Below, piece after piece: positions 1-9,544 of a stretch of 64,000 nt of DNA (its first letter is position 1; the number at the start of each line of letters is the position of its first letter). The translations under genes and the position numbers were made by a program. The notes under the pieces are model-generated. The model had not been told where the DNA came from, ran no database searches, and saw only the letters and a list, made by a program, of their open reading frames with translations. Origin of the DNA: an uncultured delta proteobacterium (GTDB taxonomy: Bacteria; Desulfobacterota; Binatia; UBA9968). The stretch is from the NCBI GenBank assembly GCA_963840855.1, contig CAWJBB010000068.1:1-64000 (forward strand), read 5' to 3'.

Positions 1-112
1 CAATGACCAGCGAGTGTTTAGGTCCAATCACGGAAGCCTCCCTTAAAAGTGGTTTCTGTTATCACGGCTTGAGCGTCGCCAACTGCACGACCGGCGTGCA
101 AGGCGAGCCCAT

Positions 113-685
113 TCAGGTTGTAATGTAGTTGGCTACATCCTCATCACGTGAGCGAAGCCGTTCTCTCACTTGCTCTTTCACGGTGGTCACGCTGTAGACG
201 GAAAAAGCTTTCCGCGCTGTGTCGATGTCAGGAAAATTCCAGAGCGCACAAGCAAGCATCTCTGCCGCCTTCACCGTCCGCTCGGGTGATCTGTTCAGGC
301 CCGCCATTGCGCTAGGATTTGCGCGCACCCATTCAGTGTCGACATTCGTTCCACCCGGCGAGTCATCGATATGCTCTATGGCGAGGATAATCTGCCCGAT
401 TGGTGCGTAGCCAAGCGGCCGAGCGAACTGTTCATTTATCTCAACCATCACGAAGTACGCGATAACGGGCTCGAACTCGCCAAGAAGCATGGCTGCGACG
501 TCCGCATACGCTGCGTACTGCTGGGGCTTCCGCAATATTCCACATGCGTTTCCAATCCTTTGCGCCGCCGCGCTGACATCGATAGAACTGAAGGCGGTCA
601 GTCGCGCCGCCCTTTGGCCCATTTTGGTCCCAGCGTCGAGGTACCGTGTGCTGAGACTCTTCCGTTTAAAGATGGTGAACGGCAT
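113..685 (-). CDS. hypothetical protein (190 aa)
   Basis: Longest ORF in the interval, ATG start, protein-like composition; no recognisable motif. Confidence 0.5.
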   Translation of the reverse strand: MPFTIFKRKSLSTRYLDAGTKMGQRAARLTAFSSIDVSAAAQRIGNACGILRKPQQYAAYADVAAMLLGEFEPVIAYFVMVEINEQFARPLGYAPIGQIILAIEHIDDSPGGTNVDTEWVRANPSAMAGLNRSPERTVKAAEMLACALWNFPDIDTARKAFSVYSVTTVKEQVRERLRSRDEDVANYITT

Positions 686-851
686 ACAGGCCTCTAACGG
701 AGGATGCTTCAGTCAACAGATCCCAGCCGGCGTTTTGGGACCCGACAATCTGTTTGTTCTACGACTTCGAGCATCTGCTGATTCTTGTCAGACGAAATTC
801 TCAACGAAGCAGCAACATGGACAACGCCTGACGAATCTGTGCCGACTCACG

Positions 852-1383
852 GCTGCAGCCCAACAGCGATTAGTATTTGGCGAGTATTTCCGGCTCTAAC
901 CGGGTGAGATGATCGGCAATCGCTTGCTGGTCGATCCTCTCGGCGATTTCCTCGTATCCCGCTTGTTTGACCATTGACGAAAACCGAGTCTTGAGCTGTT
1001 CCAAAGTCCAGCGGACGGGGTCTTCCACGCCCTCCTCTTTCATTTTGTGAGCCGCATGTTCGCCGCCGGAGGCGCCCACGTGATAATGAGGGTTTTTGTA
1101 AAAGCAATCGAAGCGCAGAATTCTTTTTCCCTCCTCCTCCGGGCCGGCGGTCGTGATGTCGAACGTCAGCCCTTCATCGGTGCCGCCGAGGCCTTGTCGG
1201 TGAGCGACGGTCATGCGCATTCCCGCCTGCTCGATGATAATCGGATCGCCCTTCGTCGTCGACGCTGTTTCTTTTTCCATCAATCGGCCCTCCTGTGATG
1301 ATAACTTCGCTCTTGGCTGAACTCATTACACTTATGTTGCTACCTGTCAAATCGAAGCGAGAGCGCGCAAAAAACACTGACAA
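852..1383. repeat. ~530-bp direct repeat, copy 1 (gene plus upstream region)
   Basis: Near-identical to 6978-7510 at offset 6126; a few substitutions and one 1-nt indel. Confidence 0.95.
870..1283 (-). CDS. hypothetical protein with LRFDCF-x3-PHYH motif, copy 1
   Basis: 137 aa, AGGAGG RBS; 3 aa differences from 6996-7409. Confidence 0.85.
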   Translation of the reverse strand: MMEKETASTTKGDPIIIEQAGMRMTVAHRQGLGGTDEGLTFDITTAGPEEEGKRILRFDCFYKNPHYHVGASGGEHAAHKMKEEGVEDPVRWTLEQLKTRFSSMVKQAGYEEIAERIDQQAIADHLTRLEPEILAKY

Positions 1384-1437
1384 CCGAGCATCACCAACGT
1401 CGGCACGCGAATCGTCGCGAGTTTCTCGAACGTGATC
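1384..1437 (-). pseudogene. 54-bp fragment of an alpha/beta hydrolase gene
   Basis: Matches 8481-8534 with 4 mismatches; reads ITFEKLATIRVPTLVMLG. Confidence 0.8.
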
Positions 1438-1534
1438 GTCGCGTCTGTCAAGCCTGAAATGCGCCGCCACCAGCAAAGCCGCACGTCCCTGACTGACTAT
1501 AAAGAGCTGAGTGTCGCCTGGATCTCTAAAATAC

Positions 1535-1564
1535 TTGACCGCCAACACCGCTCTTCGCTAAGAT
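1535..1564 (+). promoter_or_regulatory. candidate sigma-70 promoter of the SBP-amidohydrolase-amidase operon
   Basis: TTGACC-N18-TAAGAT about 135 bp upstream of the start codon. Confidence 0.4.
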
Positions 1565-1700
1565 TTACAAATGCACACGGGCATCCAACCGCGGGCGCTC
1601 ATCAACGGCAATATCAATTTTTTTCCTTCGCTATCCACGGGAATTTCGGCGGCGGTCGGCGGGCTAGCAAAAAGACCCGAATAAGGTCGGGAGAAACTTG

Positions 1701-2717
1701 ATGAAGACGTTGGCACGATGCTTTCTGGTCATTTTCTTTTCAGGCTTGTTCCCCGTTGCCGGCTGGCCGCAGGGAGGCCTGGATTCAACGCTGATTGATG
1801 GCGCAAAAAAGGAAAAACGTTTAGTTCATTGGACGACGATGACTCTAAGCCAGAGCAAGCAGGTCGTGGATGCTTTTCAAAAGAAATATCCTTTCATTGA
1901 GATGGATCTTTTTCGCACCGGCGGTGACGCGATGCTCAACAAAATTTTCACTGAGGATCGCGCCGGCAAGCACCTATGGGATGTGATCCTTACGAGAGGG
2001 GACATGTTTCTTCCCTTGATGAAGAGAAAGCTCCTGGCCTCTTATCGCTCTCCCGAGACCAAGAAAATTCCCGCGGATCTTTTCGATAAGAACGGCTATT
2101 GGACTGGGTACTACGTCAACCCTTACACCTTGGGGTACAACACCAAATGGGTCAAGAATGAAGAGGTGCCCAAAACCTATGAGGAGCTGCTCAGCCCCAA
2201 ATGGAAAGGGCAAAAGATATCCGTTGATAATACATCCTATAACCTGCTTGCGGGTCTCATCACCGCCTGGGGTAAAGACAAGGCCATTGCTTACTTCAAG
2301 AAACTTGCCGCCCAGGAGCCATCCGTCATGCGCGGTGACACCAACAGAGTCCAGCTCACCGCGGCCGGAGAATTCCCGCTAATTATTTCCTTCGCGCCGA
2401 TTATTCAGCGGGCGACTTCCGAGGGTGCGCCCATTGATTGGGTTCCTCTGGAGCCGGTTTCGGTGCAGATCAATCCTTTGTTGCTTGGAGCCAAGTCTGC
2501 TCACCCCAACGCGGCCAAACTTTTCATAGACTTCGTGCTTTCAGAAGAGGGACAAAAACAGCTGGTTGGCCTCAGCCGGATACCGGTCCGTGAAGATGTG
2601 AAGCCTCAGCCAGCCCGACTATTCGGGGGATACAAGCGGATCGTGGAAAACCCGGGAGAGTATGAAAATTTCTCCGAGGTCATAAGACTTTATCAAGAGA
2701 TTTTCAACGTGCGTTGA
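1701..2717 (+). CDS. extracellular solute-binding protein (Fe3+/thiamine/AfuA-like class)
   Basis: Signal peptide; LIDGAKKE, GYNT, PKTYEELL-x-PKWKG, HPNAAKLFIDFVLSEEGQ motifs. Confidence 0.9.
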   Translation: MKTLARCFLVIFFSGLFPVAGWPQGGLDSTLIDGAKKEKRLVHWTTMTLSQSKQVVDAFQKKYPFIEMDLFRTGGDAMLNKIFTEDRAGKHLWDVILTRGDMFLPLMKRKLLASYRSPETKKIPADLFDKNGYWTGYYVNPYTLGYNTKWVKNEEVPKTYEELLSPKWKGQKISVDNTSYNLLAGLITAWGKDKAIAYFKKLAAQEPSVMRGDTNRVQLTAAGEFPLIISFAPIIQRATSEGAPIDWVPLEPVSVQINPLLLGAKSAHPNAAKLFIDFVLSEEGQKQLVGLSRIPVREDVKPQPARLFGGYKRIVENPGEYENFSEVIRLYQEIFNVR

Positions 2718-2752
2718 TTGCTCCCGCCTCAAATCGTCGAGATGAGACCTCT

Positions 2753-4144
2753 ATGACCACCGTCATTCATCACACCACCATCGTGACTGGAGATCGGGAC
2801 CCGTCCATTCACCTCAATGCCGCTATTGCCATCGAGAACGACCTGATCACGGCCATTGGTCCGAGCGACGAGGTCATGTTGCGTTTTCCGAACGCAGAGG
2901 GCGTCGATGGGCGAGGCAAGCTGGTCATGCCTGGTTTCGCCAACTGTCACACGCACTTTGTTAGAATCCTTGCGCGTGGGATCTTCGAAGATCAAAACGC
3001 CCCTAACCGGCCTCCTTTCACTCGCAAAGGGCGGGTTCCATTTCCACCGCTGAACCCGGAACAACGCGCGGCCATGGCTCGCCTTGGCGTGCTCGAGGCT
3101 CTGCGCAGCGGCACCACCGCTGCCATGGATATCACGAACAACATCGAGGACTACGCTGAAACCATCGTCGCAACCGGACTCCGTCTTGTCTTGGCCGAAC
3201 AAGTATCGGACCGAGCCAAGGGAGTTCGTGTCGGCGAGCCAGGCGTCTTCGAAGCCGATCCGGAACTCGCCGACAAGGGCTTACAGCGGATTTTTGATCT
3301 TCACGCCAAGTGGCACGGCGCGGCAGACGGCCGCATCACCGTCGCGGTCGCGGCCCACGCTCCGGACATGGTTTCCCCGGCGCTCTTGCAAAGGTTGCGC
3401 GATTTGCGGGAAAAACTCGACACCATCGCCACCATCCACCTGAATCAGTATTGGGGCGAAGTAGAGGTGATCAAGACCAGCTACGGAACGCTTCCCACGG
3501 AATACTTGGCTCGCCATGGATTTCTCAATGAACGGCTCGTTGCTGCTCACTGCCGGTGCATGACGCCGGAAGAAGAAAAAATTCTCGGGGCTTCGGGAGC
3601 TTCAGTCAGCTTCAATCCGGTGGTCGCGGCGCGTTCGGGGAACAGTCCGCGCATTACGGACTTGGAGACCTCTGGCTGCAGGATCGCACTGGGCACCGAC
3701 GAATTTACCGAGGACATGGTGCAGGTGTTGCGCAGCGCGGTGCTGATCGAGCGGTTGCGTCTGAAAGAGGGTGATCGCCCGAGACCCGAGGACGCGATGC
3801 TTTGGGGGACGGTTAACGGCTACCGTGCCTTGAACTTAAAAGGCTGCGGATTCTTGCAGGTTGGCAGCAAGGCGGACTTGATCGTCGTAAGCACACGACA
3901 CGCTCATCTGGTCCCGACGTTACGCCCCGTTGCCGTTTTCGTGTACCAAGGGCAGGCTCACGACGTGGAATCGGTCATGGTCGACGGACGCTGGCTGCTG
4001 CGAGATGGCAAAGTGCTGGCGATGGACGAGGAAGAGGTCATTCGTGAGGCGGATCGCGTGAGCCGGGAAATCTGGCTCGGTTACTTCAAGGACCATCCTG
4101 ATCTGGAGATGCCCGAGGGCTTCGACTCCGGTTTTGCCGGTTAA
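2753..4144 (+). CDS. metal-dependent amidohydrolase (MTA/SAH deaminase-AtzA/TrzA-like clade)
   Basis: PGFANCHTH metal motif, HAPD, AAHC, ALGTD, GSKADL, VMVDG. Confidence 0.88.
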   Translation: MTTVIHHTTIVTGDRDPSIHLNAAIAIENDLITAIGPSDEVMLRFPNAEGVDGRGKLVMPGFANCHTHFVRILARGIFEDQNAPNRPPFTRKGRVPFPPLNPEQRAAMARLGVLEALRSGTTAAMDITNNIEDYAETIVATGLRLVLAEQVSDRAKGVRVGEPGVFEADPELADKGLQRIFDLHAKWHGAADGRITVAVAAHAPDMVSPALLQRLRDLREKLDTIATIHLNQYWGEVEVIKTSYGTLPTEYLARHGFLNERLVAAHCRCMTPEEEKILGASGASVSFNPVVAARSGNSPRITDLETSGCRIALGTDEFTEDMVQVLRSAVLIERLRLKEGDRPRPEDAMLWGTVNGYRALNLKGCGFLQVGSKADLIVVSTRHAHLVPTLRPVAVFVYQGQAHDVESVMVDGRWLLRDGKVLAMDEEEVIREADRVSREIWLGYFKDHPDLEMPEGFDSGFAG

Positions 4145-4226
4145 GCGGCAGGTCCAAATCTTTCTTTATGCCCTCAACAGTCGCCAAAATGAGTCACAAG
4201 CAATAAATCCCCTAAGGAGATGAACC

Positions 4227-4421
4227 ATGGCAGATGACACCCATCAACCATCCGAGGAGGAAGTCACCCTGATGCTAAAGCGTGCGGGTCTCACGCTCCC
4301 GCCCGAGCAGTTGGAGAGGTGTTGCGCCGTGGTCGCAAGACTTGAGGCAGCGGCGCGCCGGCTGCGAAGGGATCTTAAACGCGCCGACGAGCCGGCCAGT
4401 GTCTTTCCTGTTCGGAGATAG
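4227..4421 (+). CDS. small AtzG/GatC-like amidase partner protein (64 aa)
   Basis: AAGGAG RBS; AGLTLP helix and C-terminal EPASVF; ends 5 bp before an amidase. Confidence 0.72.
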   Translation: MADDTHQPSEEEVTLMLKRAGLTLPPEQLERCCAVVARLEAAARRLRRDLKRADEPASVFPVRR

Positions 4422-4426
4422 AATCC

Positions 4427-5827
4427 ATGACTGGCGAACTCTGCTACCTATCCATCGCTGAAACCGGGCCGCTCTTGAAATCGCAACAATTGTCGCCGGT
4501 GGAATTAACCAACGCTTTCCTTGAGCGCATCGAAGCAATCGACTCTCGGATTCATAGTTTCGTCTTAGTGACTCGCGAAGAAGCGCTGCGCCAAGCCAAG
4601 GCAGCCGAGAGAGAAATTGCCTCGAACCGGTATCGCGGCCCGATGCATGGCATACCGATCGGTTTGAAAGATCTAATCGAAACTGCTGGCATACGAACTA
4701 CAGCCCATTCGAAGGTTCTCATTGATTATATTCCCGCCGAGGACGCGACAGCCGTGAGCCGCCTTAAAGATTCCGGCGCAGTCTTTTTGGGTAAGCTCGG
4801 TTGTTTAGAGTTTGCTCATGGCAGCCCTTCTCCGGACCAGGCTTGGCCGCCGGTACGGAACCCGTGGAACCCGGAGCATGGATTTACCGGCGGTTCGAGC
4901 ACGGGCTCGGCGGCCGCTGTGGCCGCTGGATTGGTGATGGGAGCACTGGGGACGGACACCGGCGGATCTATTCGCAACCCGGCTTCTTTCTGCGGCATCG
5001 CCGGGCTCATGCCGACCTATGGAAGGGTCAGCCGAAAAGGTGTGATCCCTTACTCTTTCTCCCTCGATCACTGCGGGCCGATGGCTTGGACTGCTGAGGA
5101 CTGCGCGATCATGCTTCAGGCGATTGCCGGCTATGACCGGGACGATCCCGGCAGTGCCAATCTTCCTGTACCCGATTATACCACCGCTCTGAACATGGGA
5201 ATTCACGGAATGCGGATCGGTGTTATCCGCCATTTTTATGAATCGCGCTTGCCTCCCGAAGACGAAACGCGGCGCGCATTCGAAGCCGCGTTACAAGAAC
5301 TTACGAAACTGGGCGCGCTGCTCGAGGAAGTGAAACTCCGAGAACTGGAAGATTACGACGACTGTAAGGTGATTATTTCCGAGGCGGAATTTTTTGCCGT
5401 CCACGAAAAGGACCTGCTCGAAAGATTTCAAGATTACGGTGCCAACCTGCGCTTTCGCGCCGTCCCCGGCGGGCTCATCCGGGCGGTCGACTACATCCAG
5501 GCTCAACGTCAGCGCGCCAAATTGGTCGCTGAGATGCGGACGCTATTTACGGGCTATGACGCTATGGTAACGCTTTGCACCTACGGTCCGGCGCCGAAAG
5601 TCGGCACGGACGAACCGACCCATTTTTTTCAACGGCCAAACCTGACCGCGGTCTTCAACGTAACCGGCAACCCGGCGATTTCCATCCGCACCGGATTTGA
5701 TCGGATGGGCCTGCCACTCGCCATGCAAATCGCCGGCAAAGTCTTTGACGAAGCAACGATCCTGCGCATCGCGCATGCCTATGAGCAAGCAACGCCGTGG
5801 CGCCGTCTCCGTCCCTCCCTGGTCTAG
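4427..5827 (+). CDS. amidase signature family protein (GatA/AtzE-like)
   Basis: [33 protein letters not shown] (Lys-cisSer-Ser triad). Confidence 0.93.
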   Translation: MTGELCYLSIAETGPLLKSQQLSPVELTNAFLERIEAIDSRIHSFVLVTREEALRQAKAAEREIASNRYRGPMHGIPIGLKDLIETAGIRTTAHSKVLIDYIPAEDATAVSRLKDSGAVFLGKLGCLEFAHGSPSPDQAWPPVRNPWNPEHGFTGGSSTGSAAAVAAGLVMGALGTDTGGSIRNPASFCGIAGLMPTYGRVSRKGVIPYSFSLDHCGPMAWTAEDCAIMLQAIAGYDRDDPGSANLPVPDYTTALNMGIHGMRIGVIRHFYESRLPPEDETRRAFEAALQELTKLGALLEEVKLRELEDYDDCKVIISEAEFFAVHEKDLLERFQDYGANLRFRAVPGGLIRAVDYIQAQRQRAKLVAEMRTLFTGYDAMVTLCTYGPAPKVGTDEPTHFFQRPNLTAVFNVTGNPAISIRTGFDRMGLPLAMQIAGKVFDEATILRIAHAYEQATPWRRLRPSLV

Positions 5828-5875
5828 CTGGAGGCGGGCTTTACTGGGAACGGTTCCGCACGATGAGATTTTCTC

Positions 5876-6649
5876 TCATTTGGCGAAGGCGGTGAAATCT
5901 TCGTAACGAAGTTTCGCGAGGGGATAATTCAAAGCGCTTTGGGTCATTCCCAGCCGGACGCACATCTCGGCAAATTGAATACCGATGGCTTTCGTGTTCA
6001 GGACTGGCACGCCCACTTCTCGTTCTAGGTCCATGGGAGAAACAAGGGTTGGAATAACCGCGCCGCCGAGCGGAATGATGCACCCCGCGCCGCTCGTTTT
6101 GATGGTGGCGCGCATGACCTCGGTGGCACGGGCAAATATGGCGTCTATTCGCTTCTCTGCGGTTTCATCATACAGGCCGATTGCCGCAATATCTTTAACA
6201 AACCCCTGCATGCCGTAGGAGTAAACAATCTGCCATGCGTATGCGATGTGCTCTTCGAGAGGCACAATGATCGCGATAGAGTTGGAGAGAACCGAGGCCG
6301 CGTGAAGTGCCGTGCGAAATACGCCAATGACGGGGATGCGCACCGTCTGACGAGCCGCTTCCACGCCCGGGTCAAATGTATTGCTCTGAACAACGGCATC
6401 GTAACCGTTATTCTCGGCCCAAACGATCTTTCGAATAATCGCCGGCGTTTGCAGCACGTGGTAAATTCCGGGGACTTCGTTTCGCGCGCCGAGATTCAAA
6501 GAAAGCTTCGCTCCCGGGTAATCGTCCGGAAAGCATAACTCGACTTGAGTACCCGCGGAGGCGTAACCGTCGAGTTGGGCTTGGATCCTGACATATCTCC
6601 CTTTAGCATTGGGGTTCTCGGGCAGATGGCTGAGGAACATGATTCGCAT
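5876..6649 (-). CDS. Asp/Glu/hydantoin racemase-fold protein lacking both catalytic Cys
   Basis: GYDAVVQSNTFDPGVEAAR-x3-RIPVIG and GVPVLN; paralog of 29166-29939. Confidence 0.85.
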   Translation of the reverse strand: MRIMFLSHLPENPNAKGRYVRIQAQLDGYASAGTQVELCFPDDYPGAKLSLNLGARNEVPGIYHVLQTPAIIRKIVWAENNGYDAVVQSNTFDPGVEAARQTVRIPVIGVFRTALHAASVLSNSIAIIVPLEEHIAYAWQIVYSYGMQGFVKDIAAIGLYDETAEKRIDAIFARATEVMRATIKTSGAGCIIPLGGAVIPTLVSPMDLEREVGVPVLNTKAIGIQFAEMCVRLGMTQSALNYPLAKLRYEDFTAFAK

Positions 6650-6698
6650 CCTTCATTCCCCTTTCTTTGATTCGCCTCGTGAGCTTTGTGAGTTTTTT

Positions 6699-6869
6699 TC
6701 ACCTCGGCGGGCATCGCTCGAGCCACCAGCGGGCGATCTCATCCCGGCCGGCGAACCAAACCTTGGAAAAGCCTTTCGCATATTCGATGAATCGAGCCAC
6801 GGCCATCGCTCGCCATGGACACCCCGACGCACGGGAGTGCAATCCGATTGACAACACCTTAGGGTGGGT
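6699..6869 (-). pseudogene. 3' remnant of a PuuE-type allantoinase/polysaccharide deacetylase gene
   Basis: Manual translation THPKVLSIGLHSRASGCPWRAMAVARFIEYAKGFSKVWFAGRDEIARWWLERCPPR*; the 5' part is absent. Confidence 0.75.
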
Positions 6870-6977
6870 ACAGGTCGCCGGCTCCGCGCTGCGCCTTACG
6901 ATTTTTCTTCACAGCACTCTGTTGGGCTTAAGCCGATAAGCCTTTGAAACAATGATCGATCGTTTTCCGGTTGCGCC

Positions 6978-7510
6978 GCTGGAGCCCAACGGCGATTAGT
7001 ATTTGGCGAGTATTTCCGGCTCTAACCGGGTGAGATGATCGGCAATCGCTTGCTGGTCGATCCTCTCGGCGATTTCCTCGTATCCGGCTTGTTTGACCAT
7101 TGACGAAAACCGAGTCTTGAGCTGTTCCAAAGTCCAGCGGACGGGGTCTTCCACGCCCTCCTCTTTCATTTTGTGAGCCGCATGTTCGCCGCCGGAGGCG
7201 CCCACGTGATAATGAGGGTTTTTGTAAAAGCAATCGAAGCGCAGAATTCTTTTTCTCTCCTCCTCCGGGCCGGCGGTCGTGATGTCGAACGTCAGCCCTT
7301 CATCGCTGCCGCCGAGGCCTTGTCGGTGAGCGACGGTCATGCGCATTCCCGCCTGCTCGATGATAATCGGATCGCTCTTCGTCGTCGACGCTGTTTCCTT
7401 TTCCATCAATCGGCCCTCCTGTGATGATAACTTCGCTCTTGGCTGAACTCATTACACTTATGTTGCTACCTGTCAAATCGAAGCGAGAGCGCGCAAAAAA
7501 CCACTGACAA
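6978..7510. repeat. ~530-bp direct repeat, copy 2
   Basis: Near-identical to 852-1383. Confidence 0.95.
6996..7409 (-). CDS. hypothetical protein with LRFDCF-x3-PHYH motif, copy 2
   Basis: 137 aa; differs from copy 1 at G12S, T35S and G52R. Confidence 0.85.
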   Translation of the reverse strand: MMEKETASTTKSDPIIIEQAGMRMTVAHRQGLGGSDEGLTFDITTAGPEEERKRILRFDCFYKNPHYHVGASGGEHAAHKMKEEGVEDPVRWTLEQLKTRFSSMVKQAGYEEIAERIDQQAIADHLTRLEPEILAKY

Positions 7511-7535
7511 TTCGTCGTGCGGCTTCATGAGATGC

Positions 7536-8217
7536 TCAATGGCTCTGCGGCGCAACGCCAGTGAGGTGCAGGACAACAAACAGCAGGGCCAGGCCGATGG
7601 CGTGGATCCCGACCACGTACAACCAGCGTGGTGCGCTGATGATGGATCCCTGGTCGATCTCCACCCTTGAATCGGCATAGGAGAGCAAGTCAGCCTGCGA
7701 CACTTTACGCCGCTCGCGCTGCTTACGCCGCCCGTACGGGGTCATGCCCCACGGCTTGTACACCGACAGCGTCGTGGCCGCGAGCAACACCAGCAGGCCG
7801 CCCGCAGCGTGGACCACAAGTTGAATCCGCAGCGCGCGAAAATCGGCACTCGACAATATTGTCTCTGCCGCTACGCCTGACATGCGGCTCACTGCCTTGC
7901 AAATGCCGCAACAACACAATGGTAGCACCGGTGGTCAGCAGAAACTTCACCAGGATCCAATAGTGCCGAAACAAGCCCCACTGGGTGCCCAGTGACTGGG
8001 CGAGCCCGGTTAGCAGTGCAGCGAGGCTGAATGGGACGATGACGAACCAGCCGATTAACTCCATCGAGATATAGGCGGCACGCATCGTCGAAACATCGTG
8101 GCTGGTCAGACCGGCGATGGCGAGAGCTAGGTAAGCAACGACCGCGCCGAGCCAGCCGACCGAGAAAGTGATATGCGCGGTGAGCGCGAACTTTCTGAGG
8201 TGAGGTGTCATGGTCAT
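7536..8217 (-). pseudogene. DUF2269-like integral membrane protein, frameshifted near 7896
   Basis: ORF 7723-8217 (AHITFSVGWLGA, WGLFRHYWILVK) continues in the frame of 7536-7928 (HAAGGLLVLL, SVYKPWG). Confidence 0.7.
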
Positions 8218-8320
8218 AGAGTGCGAATGCCAACAACGGATGTGCCGATCACCTGGGGAATCATTCCTAAGTTAACGTTGCCCTCCGGCAAAGTAAACCC
8301 ACTGGTTATGCCGCTGTTGA

Positions 8321-9217
8321 CTAATGCGCGCGTATGAACTCCAGGACGTTGCGGTTGAAGGCATCGGGCTGCTCCCAGTTGATCGAGTGAGCGGCCTCGG
8401 GCAGCACGATGAACTTGGCGCCGGGGATATGGGCGAGCTGCCGCCGCATGACCCAGGGCGGTGTCTGCAGGTCTTGATCTCCGGGCATCAACAGCGTCGG
8501 CACGCGAATCGTCGCGAGCTTCTCGAACGTGATCTTAGTGCGTTGGGACTGCACCGGCGCACCCTTCTGTCGCGAGTTGTGATGAATCTCTAACCAGCGT
8601 TTCAGACCCTCGGGGTTGGTCGCCATGTACCCCATGCTCACTTCGCGAAACTCCGGGGGCCAGCTCGAAAACCCAGGAAGCGCTGTCTTTTGCCGGAGCT
8701 GCCGCAGTTCTTCGTCGATGATGGCGCCGCCGCTGGCGGCGATGACCAGACTGCGAACCCGCTCCGGATGCCAGAGAATGTAGTCATAGGCCGCGAACCC
8801 GCCGCCCGCCACACCGACGAGATGGAATCGGTCGAGTTTCAGGGATTCCACCAGGGCGTGCAGATCATCTGCGATGGTGCTGGGCTGAGGGCCAGTGTCC
8901 GGATTGGCAGTACTGCGGCCCCATCCGCGCCGATCGAAGGTCACGACCCGATATCCCGCCTCGACAAAGCCCGGAATGTTGTACTGCCAGCTGTCCGCAT
9001 TACCTGTGTTCGCGTGGAGCAGTACGACCGGCACGCCGCTACCTCCACTGTCCGTGTACCAGAGGCGTACGCCCGGGAGCTCCGCGTATCCCGCGAACCG
9101 TGGGCTAGAAGTCTGTGCCGCGGATGCCATAACCACGAACCACGATGCCGCATCTCCGTGCAGGCCCAGAAACGCCGCAGCGGTGAGGCCCATAACCATC
9201 AAGTGCGCCCCATTCAT
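8321..9217 (-). CDS. secreted alpha/beta hydrolase-fold protein with non-canonical nucleophile elbow
   Basis: GGAGGAG RBS; VVLLHA, DRRGWGRS, HLVGVAGGG, GDQD, AAHSINWEQP. Confidence 0.85.
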   Translation of the reverse strand: MNGAHLMVMGLTAAAFLGLHGDAASWFVVMASAAQTSSPRFAGYAELPGVRLWYTDSGGSGVPVVLLHANTGNADSWQYNIPGFVEAGYRVVTFDRRGWGRSTANPDTGPQPSTIADDLHALVESLKLDRFHLVGVAGGGFAAYDYILWHPERVRSLVIAASGGAIIDEELRQLRQKTALPGFSSWPPEFREVSMGYMATNPEGLKRWLEIHHNSRQKGAPVQSQRTKITFEKLATIRVPTLLMPGDQDLQTPPWVMRRQLAHIPGAKFIVLPEAAHSINWEQPDAFNRNVLEFIRAH

Positions 9218-9544
9218 CAGACTCCTCCAAGGCTTCAACTTCTCGATACCACAATAAAGGGCTAGGTAATTGAGCGGTTTTAAATAAATGATGAGCTTGA
9301 AAGGATATTGATCTGACACTTGATCCATCAACCATAGCTGCGTGGATCGCCGTCGTGGCAGGAGCTGGCGGCGCCATCGCAGGCTCGATTAAATTCATCT
9401 TCTGGCTTCTTGACCGCCGAAAAAAGCGTAAGCAGCATCGGGCCGTTGGCACCGGGTGGGGCGACGGCGGGTGCAGAACAGAAATAAAACCCGTCCTACA
9501 GTACGGCTCCGTGCAAAAGATGCGGTGATGATCCTTCGTTTTTT

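Noticed and set aside
852-1383. Direct repeats as IS copies of a composite transposon
   Set aside because: No transposase motifs, terminal inverted repeats or target-site duplication visible.
4427-5827. Calling the amidase gatA and the peptide gatC
   Set aside because: No gatB nearby and the context is catabolic; the family is supported but the gene symbol is not.
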